Shown piece after piece: positions 37,601 to 49,318 of a DNA stretch of 64,000 nt. The position numbers and the translations under genes were made by a program. The first letter of the stretch is position 1, and each line of letters starts with the position of its first letter. Origin of the DNA: Amoebophrya sp. A120 (Eukaryota; Protista; Dinoflagellata); NCBI GenBank assembly GCA_905178155.1, contig CAJINV010000010.1:2686587-2750586 (forward strand), read 5' to 3'. The notes beneath the pieces were generated by a model. It did no database searches. It had not been told where the DNA came from and worked only from the letters and a program-made list of their open reading frames with translations.

Positions 37601-40600
37601 GCTTTTCCCAGGATGATTCCGTCGCCTCTTCGGCTTCGCCAAGGTGGAATTATGGTACAACTCCTGCAATAAAAAGCAGTTGTTCCAGCGTCGGGGGCCT
37701 GGGCCTGCAACAGGCTGGGCCGAGCAGCCCACTGAAGAATCACCCTCAAGAACAAGCAGCAGAAGAAGGGCAGCAGGATGTTGTTGAACACGATGCGCCG
37801 GCGCAACAAGCATTACAGCTAATAGACGAGCATGAGATAAAGAACAGAACAAACACTAACATGCAAGAATCTCCGCGCGCCGGCGTCAAGAACACAGAGG
37901 ACCCTCAGGTGGTCGTAACTTCGTCCCGTGGAGGCGGGCCTCGTCAAGAAAAGCAGCCCCAAATAACGACATCCACCAAAATGCTCCACCTTCGGCGGTC
38001 CAGCGTGCAGGAAAAGTGGGGCTTCACGTACGACAGAGAAATGTTTCACAAGGGCGAATATCAACTGCAAATGTGTCTGGGTCTGGAAGGATGCAAGGTT
38101 TGCCATGCTTGTTTAGCATGCCTGAAGAGTTTGTGATGCGCCGTGTCCAAGAAAAGACCCTCTTGCTTGTCATGCAAAACGCAGCTTGTCACGCGGAAAG
38201 CGCAACACTAAGCCGCGCAAATATGTCTCATGCTTGACTGTGCATTGCAGAGAATTGGAATTCACTATTCACAACTCAGCATTACAAGTTTCCAGACATC
38301 CAGGGATATTTGCATTTGATAGCGGACGCTGGATCACGAAGCTGGTGCCGAACTCGCCGTCCTGGATCTACAAGAATGACATCCCACCAAACTCGAAGAT
38401 CCTGACGGTGAACGGCTGCGCTAAGAATGAGGGGATCAAGGGAGAGCTAGCGAATGCGCTGGACATCAAGGTTGAGATTTTGATAACAAGAACCCCGGCG
38501 CCGGAGACGACGACGAGGACCTTGTTGCCACCTCCAGCTGCGGCGGCAGGAGAGGACCAAAAAGTAGAACCGCATTTGGAAGTAATAGACTTCGGCTCTT
38601 CCTCTGTGTCTATGTCCAAGTTGCAGCAGACCACAGCCCTGCAGGTGTTGCAGCAGCAAATAACCTCCGCGGAAGAGACTACCACGAAATCGACCGTGAA
38701 TCAGGATTATGAATTGCAGAAGCATCGTACTCGTATTATAAATGCACTACAAATTTCCTCAGCATGAGAACTAAAATTTGTAATGCGGATTTACCTATGA
38801 GAAAATGACTTGTAATGCACGACTGCAATTACTACGAGTGCGATGCTTTTGCAATGCATAAGGATCAGATCAACGGCGACGACAGTCCGGTGGATGCGCC
38901 GGTGACTGTATGACAATGCACTACTCCCCCTCCCCCTCATTTGTATAGCATGAGCGGCAATACAAACACCCGCACACGTGGAGCCTATGCATGACAAATT
39001 TGATGTGTGCCTCATGTAGTACTGTTTGGGCTTCTGGAATTTGTCATGCAGACAGCGCGACAAGGCGAAGGCAGCGACTCACTGGATTGGGGGTTTTGCA
39101 TGACAAATGAGCGCGAGGGGGAGTTGTACACTGGGATAGACTGCTAACGCAGGAGTTCTTCTCGTGCCTCCTTCGGATGTTGGTGAGAATGAGGACCGTT
39201 TTACGAATATTTCTCCTGCTTCTTCAAAACTGGACCGACTAGAGCAGGAGCAGTCTGCGGCCGCAAGGGTCGACTTCGAAGGAGGTGCTGGGGCGCGGGA
39301 GGACGAAGTACTAGTTGCTCAGAGAGATGAAGAGGACCATCCTCACCTACTTCAAGGGGGAGGCGATAGTACTAGCAAAATCATGCTGGAACAACAAGAA
39401 GCTCGCGAGGGCAAAAGACAGCATGAGGCCGCTAGTAATCTTCAACCGGTTCTCGACGTTCTTGCATCAGCTGCGTTGGAAGAGGAGAAAAGACCCACCT
39501 CCGCTGTAGTACAGCAAGAAATGCTCAGAGGAGCAAAGACACAGCACGGAAGCAAGAACGCTGACACAGTACCTCCAGCCACGTTGTTGTCACCCAACGT
39601 CACGACTTCACCGCCCGCTACAGAAGTCGGAAAAATTGTGACGGAAATACATAAGCCAAATTACCACGCCAACCACCTCAAAGATGCAAATGCCACGTCG
39701 AGTTCATCGTCCTCCTCTTCGACTTTCGCCGCGCCTCCGTACAAGTATGACAGTGCACAACTCCACCCCGTCCCCCTCATTTGTGATGCAAAATCCCAAG
39801 AAATCCAGCTGCTGCCTTGTAGCACTGTTTGCATTGTGACAAATAATTCTGGAAGCCCCAACAGCACTACAGTCCGTGCATAAACTTGCCATGCACAGCA
39901 TACACGTGTGCTGGTGTTTGTAATTGCAGTTCATGCCATACAAATGAGGGGGACCGCGGGGAGTTGTGCACTCTCATAACAAGTCAAAGTCTCCGGCGCG
40001 CGGGTCCCCGGTCATGTTGGCGTCGCGCAGCCCCAATCGCAGCAGTGTGGGCTTGGCAAACTTAGCGACGTGGGCGACGGCTGGTACCACTAGATGTATC
40101 ATCACGTCGTCCAAAACTTATGAATGTTTTTATGACAGAAGATGAGGCACCATGAGAGTAATTTATTTTTTCCTGACCTGGATTAGTACAACCTACTAGT
40201 AGAAGGTTGTAGTAAGTAATTTATTTTTTCCTGGACCTGGATGCAAAACCAGATCCATCGAACATTGCAACATGCAAATTGTAGTAGTTCTGTCAAGTTA
40301 CTGAGCCCTGAACTTATCAGGTTCTACCTCCGCCGTCTCCCTCCTGGAGGACATTGATCTGGCGAACAACTTATCAGGTGCAAATATGTCTGGGTCTGGA
40401 AGAGTGTATCTTTGTCATGCTGGTCTGGCATGACTGTTAAACCTGTCATGCGCGTTACCCAAGAGCCCTACTTTTCTGTCATGCAGAAACGCGGTTTGTC
40501 ATGCAGAATAAGAAACGCTAACAGCAACACCTCGAAGCTCAGAAACTTGAACTTGTCATGCTGAGCCAGCACTTGTGGCTTCCTCATGATACGGTACCCA

Positions 40601-43600
40601 GCATCACAAGTAGTTTCCAGACCCAGACACATTTGCAATGCATACAACTCTGAGACAGCAGGTTCGTCTTCAGCGGAAGTAGAGAACTATCAAAAACTTC
40701 TAAGCATAGTTGCAAATTCGCCTGGGTCGTCCCTGGAAAGTTGTGATGAAAGGACGGGATCATGAATAGTGAGGGCACTGTAAAAATGCGCTGCCGCCCG
40801 CCATGACAACAGTTTTTATTCCGTGGCTCCGAGTTGCGCATCTCCGCATGAGAACTGCGCTTTTGCATGACAGACAAGAAGAGCACTTCGCCTCCGACGC
40901 GGGCACGCAATACAGAGTTCTCCAGAGTCATGTTGCCAGACTACCATGTAGTTGACAAATCTCGCAATCTTCGCAACGACCCAGATGACATTTTAGCAGT
41001 GGATAATTTCTGCCCGAGGATTATTTGCAGTTCCACCCTCCTCGGAGCGACAGTGCGATGGAGGTTCAAAATCATGCCGGTCCTCGACAGAAGTCGGTCT
41101 TGCCGATAGACCGAAGCTATCAACTGCAAATATGTCTGGGTCTGGAAGTGTGAAACTTGTGACGCTGTCTGTGGACTCTAAAAATATCTGTGTTGCATGA
41201 GGAACAAGAGGAGTCCAGTTCTTGGTACCCGGAGAGGGCATTTCCTATGCGTGATAAGCATCAAGACGGTCTTAAAAAATCTGTTATGCAAGGACCTGCA
41301 ACACAGACGTCACGGGCCATGCAAAATGTGCAGGACAACCCTGGCAGTCTTCCAGACCCAGACGTTTTTGCATTGCATAGAAGCCGGTACGTGGCACCCT
41401 CGCCGGGGGATCACCACGACGCCCAGTCTTCCCCTCTGAATATATCCTGTGCAAAAGTATCCTACTCGTAGTAATTGCATTTATGCATTACAAATCCCTT
41501 TTTCAAGGTGAAAGAGCATTACAAATTTGATTTGTAATGCTGGGCTAATTTGTAATGCAATTTATTATACTTGTACGATGCTTTTGCATTGCATAGAATG
41601 ACGTGCGCAGCAAGGAAAGTTTGCTACCTATCGAAGCGGACATGAAGATCGGGAAGAAAGGCGGGGAGGAACCTCCGGGTAAAAAAACTATTTTATCAAA
41701 GTGAAAAAAGCCCCCACGCCCACCCCATCTCGGAAACGGAAGATGCGCGAATTTGTGATGCTGTATTTGAGTACACAAATCGACTTGTATTGCTAGAAGG
41801 CCAAGAGACGAAGCTGTGGCCCAAATTGCAGGGAATCTGTCATGCTTTTTTCCACTTCCAGTTGCCTCCTGTCATCCTGGAGCTGCAAGGCTTTCCCACG
41901 CTAGGCAGCACTACAGTCCGCATCTTTTGCCTTCCAGCATCACAAAACTGATTTGTGGCCACAAATCTGCATCACAGATTTCCGTTTTGATATGGGGAGG
42001 GGGCGTGTTTCACTGTAATATATTTCAACATCGGAAGCAGAAATCACCAAAACGTACAAGGTAAACTTCAAGCGCAGGAAAAACAAAACCATGAGTTTCG
42101 ATTCCTTCATATCCCACAGAAAAAGAAGGCAGGTCATGTTTGTAATGCAAAAATAAATACACAAAAAAATCTGTCATCGGCGAGCCCATAGAATGCTGTT
42201 TGGGTGGACACGCAATACAGATTTTTTTGTCTACTTATTTTTGCATTACAAACATGACCTGCCTGGTGCTTTTTTCTGTCGGATACTTCAAGAAGCAGTT
42301 GTATGGCGGCGATGAGCGCCAGTTGGAAGCAATAAAGTCTGGCGGAGCTGTTGTAGCCCCGCCCGCAAGACCTACATCAACGACGACTTCCAGCACCGCG
42401 GAAGCAGCGACAGACACAGCGCAATCGGCGCTCTTCTCGAATTATAAACAGCGAGGGAAAGGACAAGGGCAAGGACCACAAGCAGGTCGTAGTAGTTTGA
42501 TACTGCATGATGACCAGGAACTGCGTCATGAACAAATGAGTACTAGTACCCGAGGACAGGAGGAAGAAGACGCTGCAACTAGTTCTACTCGTGCTGGTGG
42601 TGGGCCCCCGCTGTTTTTACCGGAGCCGGAAGTGGAGATTTTGCAGAAACCCCTGGACTATGCACTGCAAAAGTATCGCACTCGTATAAATGCATTACAA
42701 ATTTCCTCAGCATGAGAAATAAAATATTTGTAATGCGGATTTACCTTTAGAAAAAGATTTCTAATGCATGACTCCAATACGAGTGCGATACTTTTGCACA
42801 GGATATGGACCCCTATGAGGAGAAGCGGCGCATGGCGGAGAAATTTGCCAGCAACATCCGATATGGATTGCAAAAATGTCTGGGTCTGGAAGGTTGCAAC
42901 TTGTCATGCTAAATCCGAATCATGCAAAAATGTGCCAAATAAAGCTGTCCACTTTCGACCAAGTCGGTGTCGTGTGGCAGTTTCTCATGTAGGATAAGCA
43001 TGACAGAGACCTCAGCCGTACAGAGTCTGTCATGCTAGGTCGTCCCGCATTCCAGACCTCAATGGTCATGGAAAACATGCGTGACAAGTTTACGCTCTTC
43101 CAGACCCAGACATATTTGCCAGCAACATCCGAGTAACTACTTCAACCCCTACCCCGTCGTCTACCAGCTCCTCTTCCTTCCGACCGCCGCAGGCACCACG
43201 TTATCCTGTGCAAAAGTGTCGTACTCGTACAAATGCAAGTTTAGCATCACAAATCTTGTTTCCAAGGCAAATCTGCATTACAAATTTTACTTCTCATGCT
43301 GAGGAAATTTGTAATGCATTTATACGAGTGCGATACTTTTACAATGCATACACGTGCTTATGCGACAGCGAGAAGCTCGACCGGCGCTTCGCGATCTTTC
43401 TTTGAAGAAGACGAAGGAGCAGGCACAGTAGTGGAGCGGGATCATGGAGGCGAAGAGCGAGAGTTGCCCCGGTTTCTGCAATATCAAATGTAAAAATGCC
43501 TGGGTCTGGAAGAGTGCATGGTTGTCATGCGTGTCTGGCATGATTCTCAAATCTGTCATGCACGTTACCCAAGAGCGCCACTTTTCTGTCATGCAGAAAC

Positions 43601-46600
43601 GCAGTTTGTCATGGAGAATAGGCAACACCTAGAAGCTTAGAAACTTGTCATGCTGAGCCAGCACCTATCTATGGCCTCATCATGATACGCCACCCAGCAT
43701 CACAAGTTTCCAGACCCAGACACTTTTGCATTTCATATGCAAGCCATGAACCGCATCGACGAGATTCTGTCCAACGAAACCACAAAACATGACGATCTCG
43801 GTATCAAATGTAAAAATGTCTGGGTCTGGAAGATTGCGAGATTTGTCATGCAGATTTTCCATGTCCCATGAGGTCTGGAATGCAGGTTTTAGCATGACAG
43901 AGTCTGTGAGGTCCTTGCCATGCCTATCCCGCATGAGAAACTCCCTCCCAACTTGGTCGAAAGTGGACAGCTTTTGGCACTCATGCAACACAGATGTTCG
44001 CATTATTCGGATTTAGCATGACAAGTTTTAATTTTCCAGACCCAGACATTTTTACATTTGATACTCGGCGCCGACCTACGATTCTCGCACCACAACTCCG
44101 CGTCTAGTGTGGTTTCCAGCGTTTTAAACCCCTTTGACGACCAAGATCTCGACAAGTTGCCCATGACCTTCACCAGCACTTCTGCAACGCTGGGGGATGC
44201 TAGTGGTTCTAAACCCAGGAATAGCACCAAGCAATTTCTGGGCGACTACGGCAGCGACGCGTACTTTGCAGGTGACAGCAAATTCCCGAATATAATTACG
44301 TCCTTATCCTCCACGACCCCCTTTCCCGCATCATCTGCAGCAAGCCCGGCACTACAACTGGCCCCTCTCAAGAACGACCCAGTTGCCGTCGAGATTGAGT
44401 ATGGGGTGCGGTTGGTTCCGGAAAAAAGCAAAACTACTACAGACGTTGAGGGGCGGAACTACATCAAGCGCAGTAGTAGACAGGAGAAGGAGGATGGTGA
44501 TGGTGGTGCTGAAGATTTCGATGGCAACAAGAACAACAAGCGGATGTTGGAAAATAAACCTACATCATCTAGAAGGTACGGAGGTGCGGAACAAGACATC
44601 ACAACTCACTACACGATGGAGCAAGAACATCCTGGCTCCACAACGACACAAGGCCATCTTCAAGGTGCGCAGTCTGAAATTTCTTCGAAGAAGTCCGTGG
44701 GAACGCACAATCAGGACAGCACCCTGCACACGGAAACCGAAGCAGCAGGTGGAGTTGTGCAGCTTACAAGCTCCAACGGCGCCGGGGCACCAGACCACCA
44801 CCCAGAGGACGCAGAGATGAACGCAGACATCGCTTCTAACGGACAGGTACGCCTAAATGGATGTCAACAGGACGTCGAAGAAGCTGTTGAGCAGACGAGC
44901 GAAGAACAAGAAATACGAACAAGAACGCGTCGCAACGCAAGCAACGACAACACGTCCACCTTGAAAAGCGCAACAATACCAAAGAAGCAGGAGGAAGAAA
45001 CGCCTCTAGATGTTGACGACGTTGACCAGTCCTCGCGGAGCGTCGAGCACGTTCTTGTGCTTGGTGGCGAGAAGGATGACAAAAAGGAGCACAGAAGTCG
45101 TGATGATCATTTTCTCAGTCGACTAAATGTAGGGGACTATCAAGATGCAAGCACTACTACACAACTCCGCGCGCCAGCAAACGACTTCTCAGGAGGACGA
45201 AAGAACATGGCTGTAATCAGTCGGGGGAACGATCGCGACGACGAAGAGGAGGAGGAGGACATCGTGATAGCTAGGCCGGTATCAAATGCAAAAATGTCTG
45301 GGTCCTCTGGAAGAGTGTAGACTTGTCGTGCAGATTTTCCATGACCCATGAGGGCTGGAATGCGGGATTTAGCCTGACAGACATTCTGTGAGATCCCTAT
45401 CATGCCTATCCTGCATGAGAAACTCCCTTCCAACTTGGTCAAAGGTGGACAGCTTTTGGCACTCATGCAACACAAATTTTTGCATGCTTCAGATTTACCA
45501 TGACAAGTTGCCACCTTCCAGACCCAGACATATTTGCATTTCATAGCCGGAGTCCGCTGCAACGGAGATTTTTCAACACCAGTATGAGATTGATAAAATA
45601 TTCATTTCAAAAATATTCATAGTGCAAAAAAAAAAATTTTTTGACCGAAAATTGCACTGCATTAGCTGATGTACCTTTTGCATGATCAAATTGGTGCATT
45701 TTGTGTATGTATTTCAACTAGAATAGCCAGGAACGTACTTAGATTGAACTACTTTATCTCTATGCTAAAGTATTGGGCTTCTGTATCTTCTTCCAGCTAG
45801 TTAATTAAGAAATACTATCCAAGAACCTTCAAAAAAGATCATCGACTAAGAGAGAGATCGAAGAACTGTCGATGATCCTTTAGATATAGTAGCAGCTGCA
45901 GCAGCTGCTGTCCTCCGGTAGCCGGCCTTCCGCAAACGACCGTCGAGCCTGGAGAGCTCCTACTCCGTCGCGATGTAGGCGTGCGGATTCGCCCGAATCC
46001 GCACGCCTACATCGCGACGGAGTAGGAGCTCTCCAGGCTCGACGGTCGTTTCCGGTAGATCGGCAGTGGAGCGGCAGCAGCAGCTGCAGCTACTTACTAT
46101 TACAAAAGGATCTTCGAATGTCTTCGTTCACTCACTCAGACGATGATCTTTTTGGCATGTATTTCTTTAGTATTTATTAAGTAGCTAGCTGGAAGAAGAT
46201 ACCAAAGCCCAATACTATAGCATAGGTCTTAAGTAGTATAATCTAAGAACGTTCCTGGCTATCTAGTTTAAATTACATGTATAGAATGCACCAACTTGTT
46301 CATGCAGAAACCACCTCGCCTCCTATAGGGCAATTTTCGGTCAAAAATTTTTTTTTTTTGCACTATGAATATTTTTGAAATGAATATTTTATCAATCTCA
46401 TAACCAGAGGTACGTAATTACACATGATGTTTTTGACCACAACTGTGCCAATTGAATTGGCACCTGATGAATGTTTTTTACACATGATGTTTTTGACCAC
46501 AACATCAACATCCTTGCAACCGAATTGAATTCGGTTGCAAGGATGTTGATGTTGAGTCTGTCATCGATGAGATTTTTTTACTATGCCGTTTTGGAAAGAA

Positions 46601-47859
46601 GAAAAACAAGAACATCACAACGTTCGTATTTATGCCGGCGCAGGGACCATCTTCATGATGTAGATGTTGAACATTCATAAACGATCGATGCATGTTGACG
46701 ACCGAAAAAACGAGATGTTGGCAATAAAAAATAATATTAAAACTTCTTCGTCAACATCATGCGACAGCTCTGGCTCCTCCTATCCGCAGTAAAATTACAA
46801 CCTCACACGACGGCACAAAAATGCTATACACAATTGCATGACAAAGTATACGTAATTGCATGACAAAGGCACGAACACTTGTGGTCGCTAGCATCGACGA
46901 TAGAGATGCACATCAAAGCGGAATCAACACTCCTTACGCTTGCTGCTCACCAGGGGTAGTAGTTGACTAAATTTTCCGAATCGCGTTTTGACTTGCGCCT
47001 GCGCCGGTGATGAAGTTTCACTGCATATTATCCTGAGTAAAAACGTACCCACACCAGAATCAGGATGGGGATTTTGCAACACAAACCTAGGAGTTTTGTG
47101 AGTCACGCGTGACAAGTTGCACTCTGCAGTGTAGTGCAGGTTAGCAAGTGCAGCCGCGTCACAGATTCATCTGCTCATCCTGTTCACAGCATCACAAATT
47201 CCAAAACACGATTGGAAATGGCTCTCATGCGGATGCGCATTACAAGTCTTCCTGTCTTTGCAAATCTGCATTACAACTCTGGTGTGGGTACGTTTTTACT
47301 CAGGATACATATTACCCCGCCGCCCACTTGTTCTCCGACTCCCGTTAATAATGGAAGCATTCCACCAGGAAACAGTCGCATGCTGCGGCCGCAAGACGAG
47401 GCAAGTAGTGACGACGAAGGGGGTAGGTTCGACGGACTATCACAGGAAAAAATTGTTACAGTTAATACACATTTGTTGTGATTTCAGCATCACAAATTTG
47501 CTCTGCATGGCAAAGAAAACTTGTAATGCGCAAGCTATAATAAGGGAAAACACGAATGGGAATGAAATGACGCTGGCAAGCGTTTCCTGCATGACAGAGG
47601 TTGTTTGTCTTGCTTGTCTTGCATGAGAGTGTGTAAAAACTGTATAACACTTTTTTCTCACGATACGGACGCGACCGGAACCACTACCGAGGCTCGACCT
47701 CTACTTTCGGTACAAACGACAACCCCTTCGCTTGATGAAGCTCGGGCTTGCCATCTTCAACCTACCGCTCTAGCGCTTGCCGATGATAGACTTTGTGTCT
47801 GCGGACCCGGACGCGTCGTGAAAGCACGAGACCACATGTTTTCATCGATACAGTCGTGA
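34696..47859 (+). CDS. Large multi-exon protein with N-terminal coiled coil and a PDZ-like domain (3' extent uncertain)
   Basis: Joining across the 38059 introner gives LHLRRSSVQEKWGFTY...RWITKLVPNSPS...KILTVNG, a PDZ pattern. About 20 introners lie inside. Confidence 0.6.
35477..35782. mobile_element. Introner family A
   Basis: Family A TIRs (diverged); TSD ggagg. Confidence 0.88.
35897..37248 (-). mobile_element. Non-autonomous Helitron-like element
   Basis: Inserted at A|T of the family B consensus with no TSD. Minus-strand 3' end CTAG, preceded by an 11-bp GC hairpin (35908-35930). 5' end is TA, not TC. Confidence 0.65.
36243..36296. repeat. 12-bp tandem repeat (agatatatcccc)n
   Basis: About 4 imperfect copies inside the Helitron-like insert. 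Confidence 0.85.
38059..38321. mobile_element. Introner family A splitting the PDZ domain
   Basis: Family A TIRs; TSD gcgaa/gcgga. Confidence 0.9.
38708..38860. mobile_element. Introner family B
   Basis: Family B TIRs; TSD aggat. Confidence 0.93.
38909..39138. mobile_element. Introner family E
   Basis: Family E TIRs; TSD gactg. Confidence 0.92.
39746..39978. mobile_element. Introner family E
   Basis: Family E TIRs; TSD acaag. Confidence 0.93.
40372..40644. mobile_element. Introner family A
   Basis: Family A TIRs; TSD caact. Confidence 0.93.
40701..41005. mobile_element. Degenerate introner family A
   Basis: Eroded TIRs; TSD acttc/atttc. Confidence 0.7.
41118..41379. mobile_element. Introner family A
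   Basis: Family A TIRs; TSD gaagc. Confidence 0.93.
41443..41595. mobile_element. Introner family B
   Basis: Family B TIRs; TSD gaata/gaatg. Confidence 0.9.
41694..42020. mobile_element. Introner family D
   Basis: tatcaaagtgaaaaaagcccc / ggggcgtgtttcactgtaata; TSD tattt. Confidence 0.9.
42110..42285. mobile_element. Introner family J (~65-bp TIR, mini-foldback)
   Basis: tatcccacagaaaaag..ggcaggtcatgtttgtaatgcaaaaataa / ttatttttgcattacaaacatgacctgcc..tttttctgtcggata; TSD cttca. Confidence 0.92.
42659..42805. mobile_element. Introner family B
   Basis: Family B TIRs; TSD tggac. Confidence 0.93.
42862..43127. mobile_element. Introner family A with an exon-converted right end
   Basis: TSD tccga, extended to a 19-bp direct repeat atttgccagcaacatccga. 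Confidence 0.88.
43202..43350. mobile_element. Introner family B
   Basis: Family B TIRs; TSD cacgt. Confidence 0.93.
43482..43737. mobile_element. Introner family A
   Basis: Family A TIRs; TSD tgcaa. Confidence 0.93.
43802..44063. mobile_element. Introner family A
   Basis: Family A TIRs; TSD ctcgg. Confidence 0.93.
45280..45545. mobile_element. Introner family A
   Basis: Family A TIRs; TSD gccgg. Confidence 0.93.
45583..46402. mobile_element. Whole-length foldback element (820 bp)
   Basis: ~70-bp near-perfect TIR tatgagattgataaaatattc...; TSD accag; ~60-bp perfect central arms around ggattcg-cc-cgaatcc. Confidence 0.95.
46500..46554. repeat. Perfect palindrome, 27-bp arms, 1-nt loop, next to a 24-bp direct repeat (46420-46443 / 46480-46503)
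   Basis: caacatcaacatccttgcaaccgaatt-g-aattcggttgcaaggatgttgatgttg. Confidence 0.93.
47029..47307. mobile_element. Introner family G
   Basis: tatcctgagtaaaaacgtacccacaccaga / tctggtgtgggtacgtttttactcaggata; TSD catat. Confidence 0.94.
47438..47665. mobile_element. Introner family K
   Basis: tatcacaggaaaaaattgttacagtt / aactgtataacacttttttctcacgata; TSD cggac. Confidence 0.9.
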
Positions 47860-47949
47860 CAAAAAAACCGGTATTAGACTCAGAAGGTAAAAGCCGCTCA
47901 ACATGCAAAAAGTAGTCAATAAAAGCGCTACGACGACTCAGAAACCTAG

Positions 47950-48265
47950 ACGAGCGAGGAGGTTTGTTGATGATAACCAGGAGGAGCGGCGGTTGCTAGC
48001 TGTTCGTTGCAACAACTGTAAATAAATTCTACTGCTTATTGATAGTTGTAAGTTGCAGCAGAAGTGCTGTTCGATCTTGTCCGTAAAGAACGGCAAGTTC
48101 TCGCAGCTGTCCTCAGCGTGGTCTTAGACGGCATCCTCACTACAGAGCTGTTCATGATGATGATCTCGTGGTAGCCCCCGCGCATGTCTATAATTGTGGC
48201 TCTCTTTTAATCGTCGCTTCAACAAGTCGGCTCTACTTACTCGACTTTCTTCCCCAAAGTAAGTC
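47950..48265 (+). repeat. Diverged ~300-bp direct repeat, copy 1 (copy 2 at ~53248-53587)
   Basis: Shared blocks gagcgaggaggttt, tcttagacggcatcctcac, agagctgttcatgat, ctctacttactcgact, cttccccaaagtaa. Confidence 0.8.
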
Positions 48266-48917
48266 GGTTTTGTTCCTCGTGCGAAGATTCCGGTTCGGTG
48301 GTGCCATAAGGAACCTCTGCCAGAAGCAGCGGTTGTAATATTAGTCTGTAAAAAGAACTTCGGCTCGTCGGTGGGCTCTTCAACTACTTACTTCTGCCAT
48401 AATGCTCGTAGACGTACAACCTCCGCGTCGGTGAGAACATTGCTGGATGTAGTTTCGGTTGATTTTTTGGTAAAATACTGAATACCTCGACGACGTGCAC
48501 GTACGTGTGTTCGGAACACACGACGTGCAAGGTCGAGGATCCCTGACGTCGTTCTGCGCCTCGGTTGTACATTGTGCACTACAAAATATTATTAAGGTTT
48601 GACTTTGAATATCGGTTCCAAATCCAATCCTCGAGGAAGAGGAAGACGATGGGACTTTGATGTTTCATGCTCGTGCGAATTCATTATCATTCAAGAGGAG
48701 AGCTAGAGCTACAACTTCAAGAATCTCTTCTGTTGCAAAATGACAAGGGTGATCTTCTTTTGAATGACCAGGCAATGTAGTTGTGTACTACTACTCCCAC
48801 TACTACTCTCGCTTTTTACTTCGGAGACCTTAAACACTAGACTCCGCTCCTCCGTCTGCACTACCGTGTGTTGTCGTCCCACTACAGGTGTACTGATCCA
48901 AGTACTTCTTTTTAAAT

Positions 48918-49318
48918 TTGATCAAAAACGAGCAAAAGAAACTGAATACCTTCACGACAAGCGCGATCGAAGAAGGAGAAGAAACAACTACCACCGACTG
49001 TCCACCGCCGTTGCGCCCACCACCGTCGGAGAAGAACCAACGATCGTCCCCTGTCGTCATGTCGTCCTTCAAAGCGGCTCTGTCGTCGATCTTGCTCTTC
49101 TTGACCGGGTTCGTCCTCTTTCCGGGCGTCGTGTCCTTGGGAACGGCCCACCCTGTTCCGGCGGAGGGGCCTGTCCTGAAAGAGGGGCTGCTGCAGCTGT
49201 CCAGTAAGGATGAAGCCTTCTTGGGAGATTCTTCTCAAATCGCACAAGTACATTCTTCGGAGATTTGCAATGGAATGACTGTGGATATGGATCTAACGGC
49301 CAAGAATCAAAAGTTATT
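48918..49318 (+). CDS. Exon of a hypothetical protein with a hydrophobic (signal/TM) segment
   Basis: MSSFKAALSSILLFLTGFVLFPGVVSLG; ends at a gtaag donor-like site. Confidence 0.35.

Noticed and set aside
5858-45545. CRISPR array from the recurring ~30-bp sequences
   Set aside because: The repeats are inverted pairs 150-330 bp apart with TSDs and irregular spacing; there are no cas genes and the context is eukaryotic.
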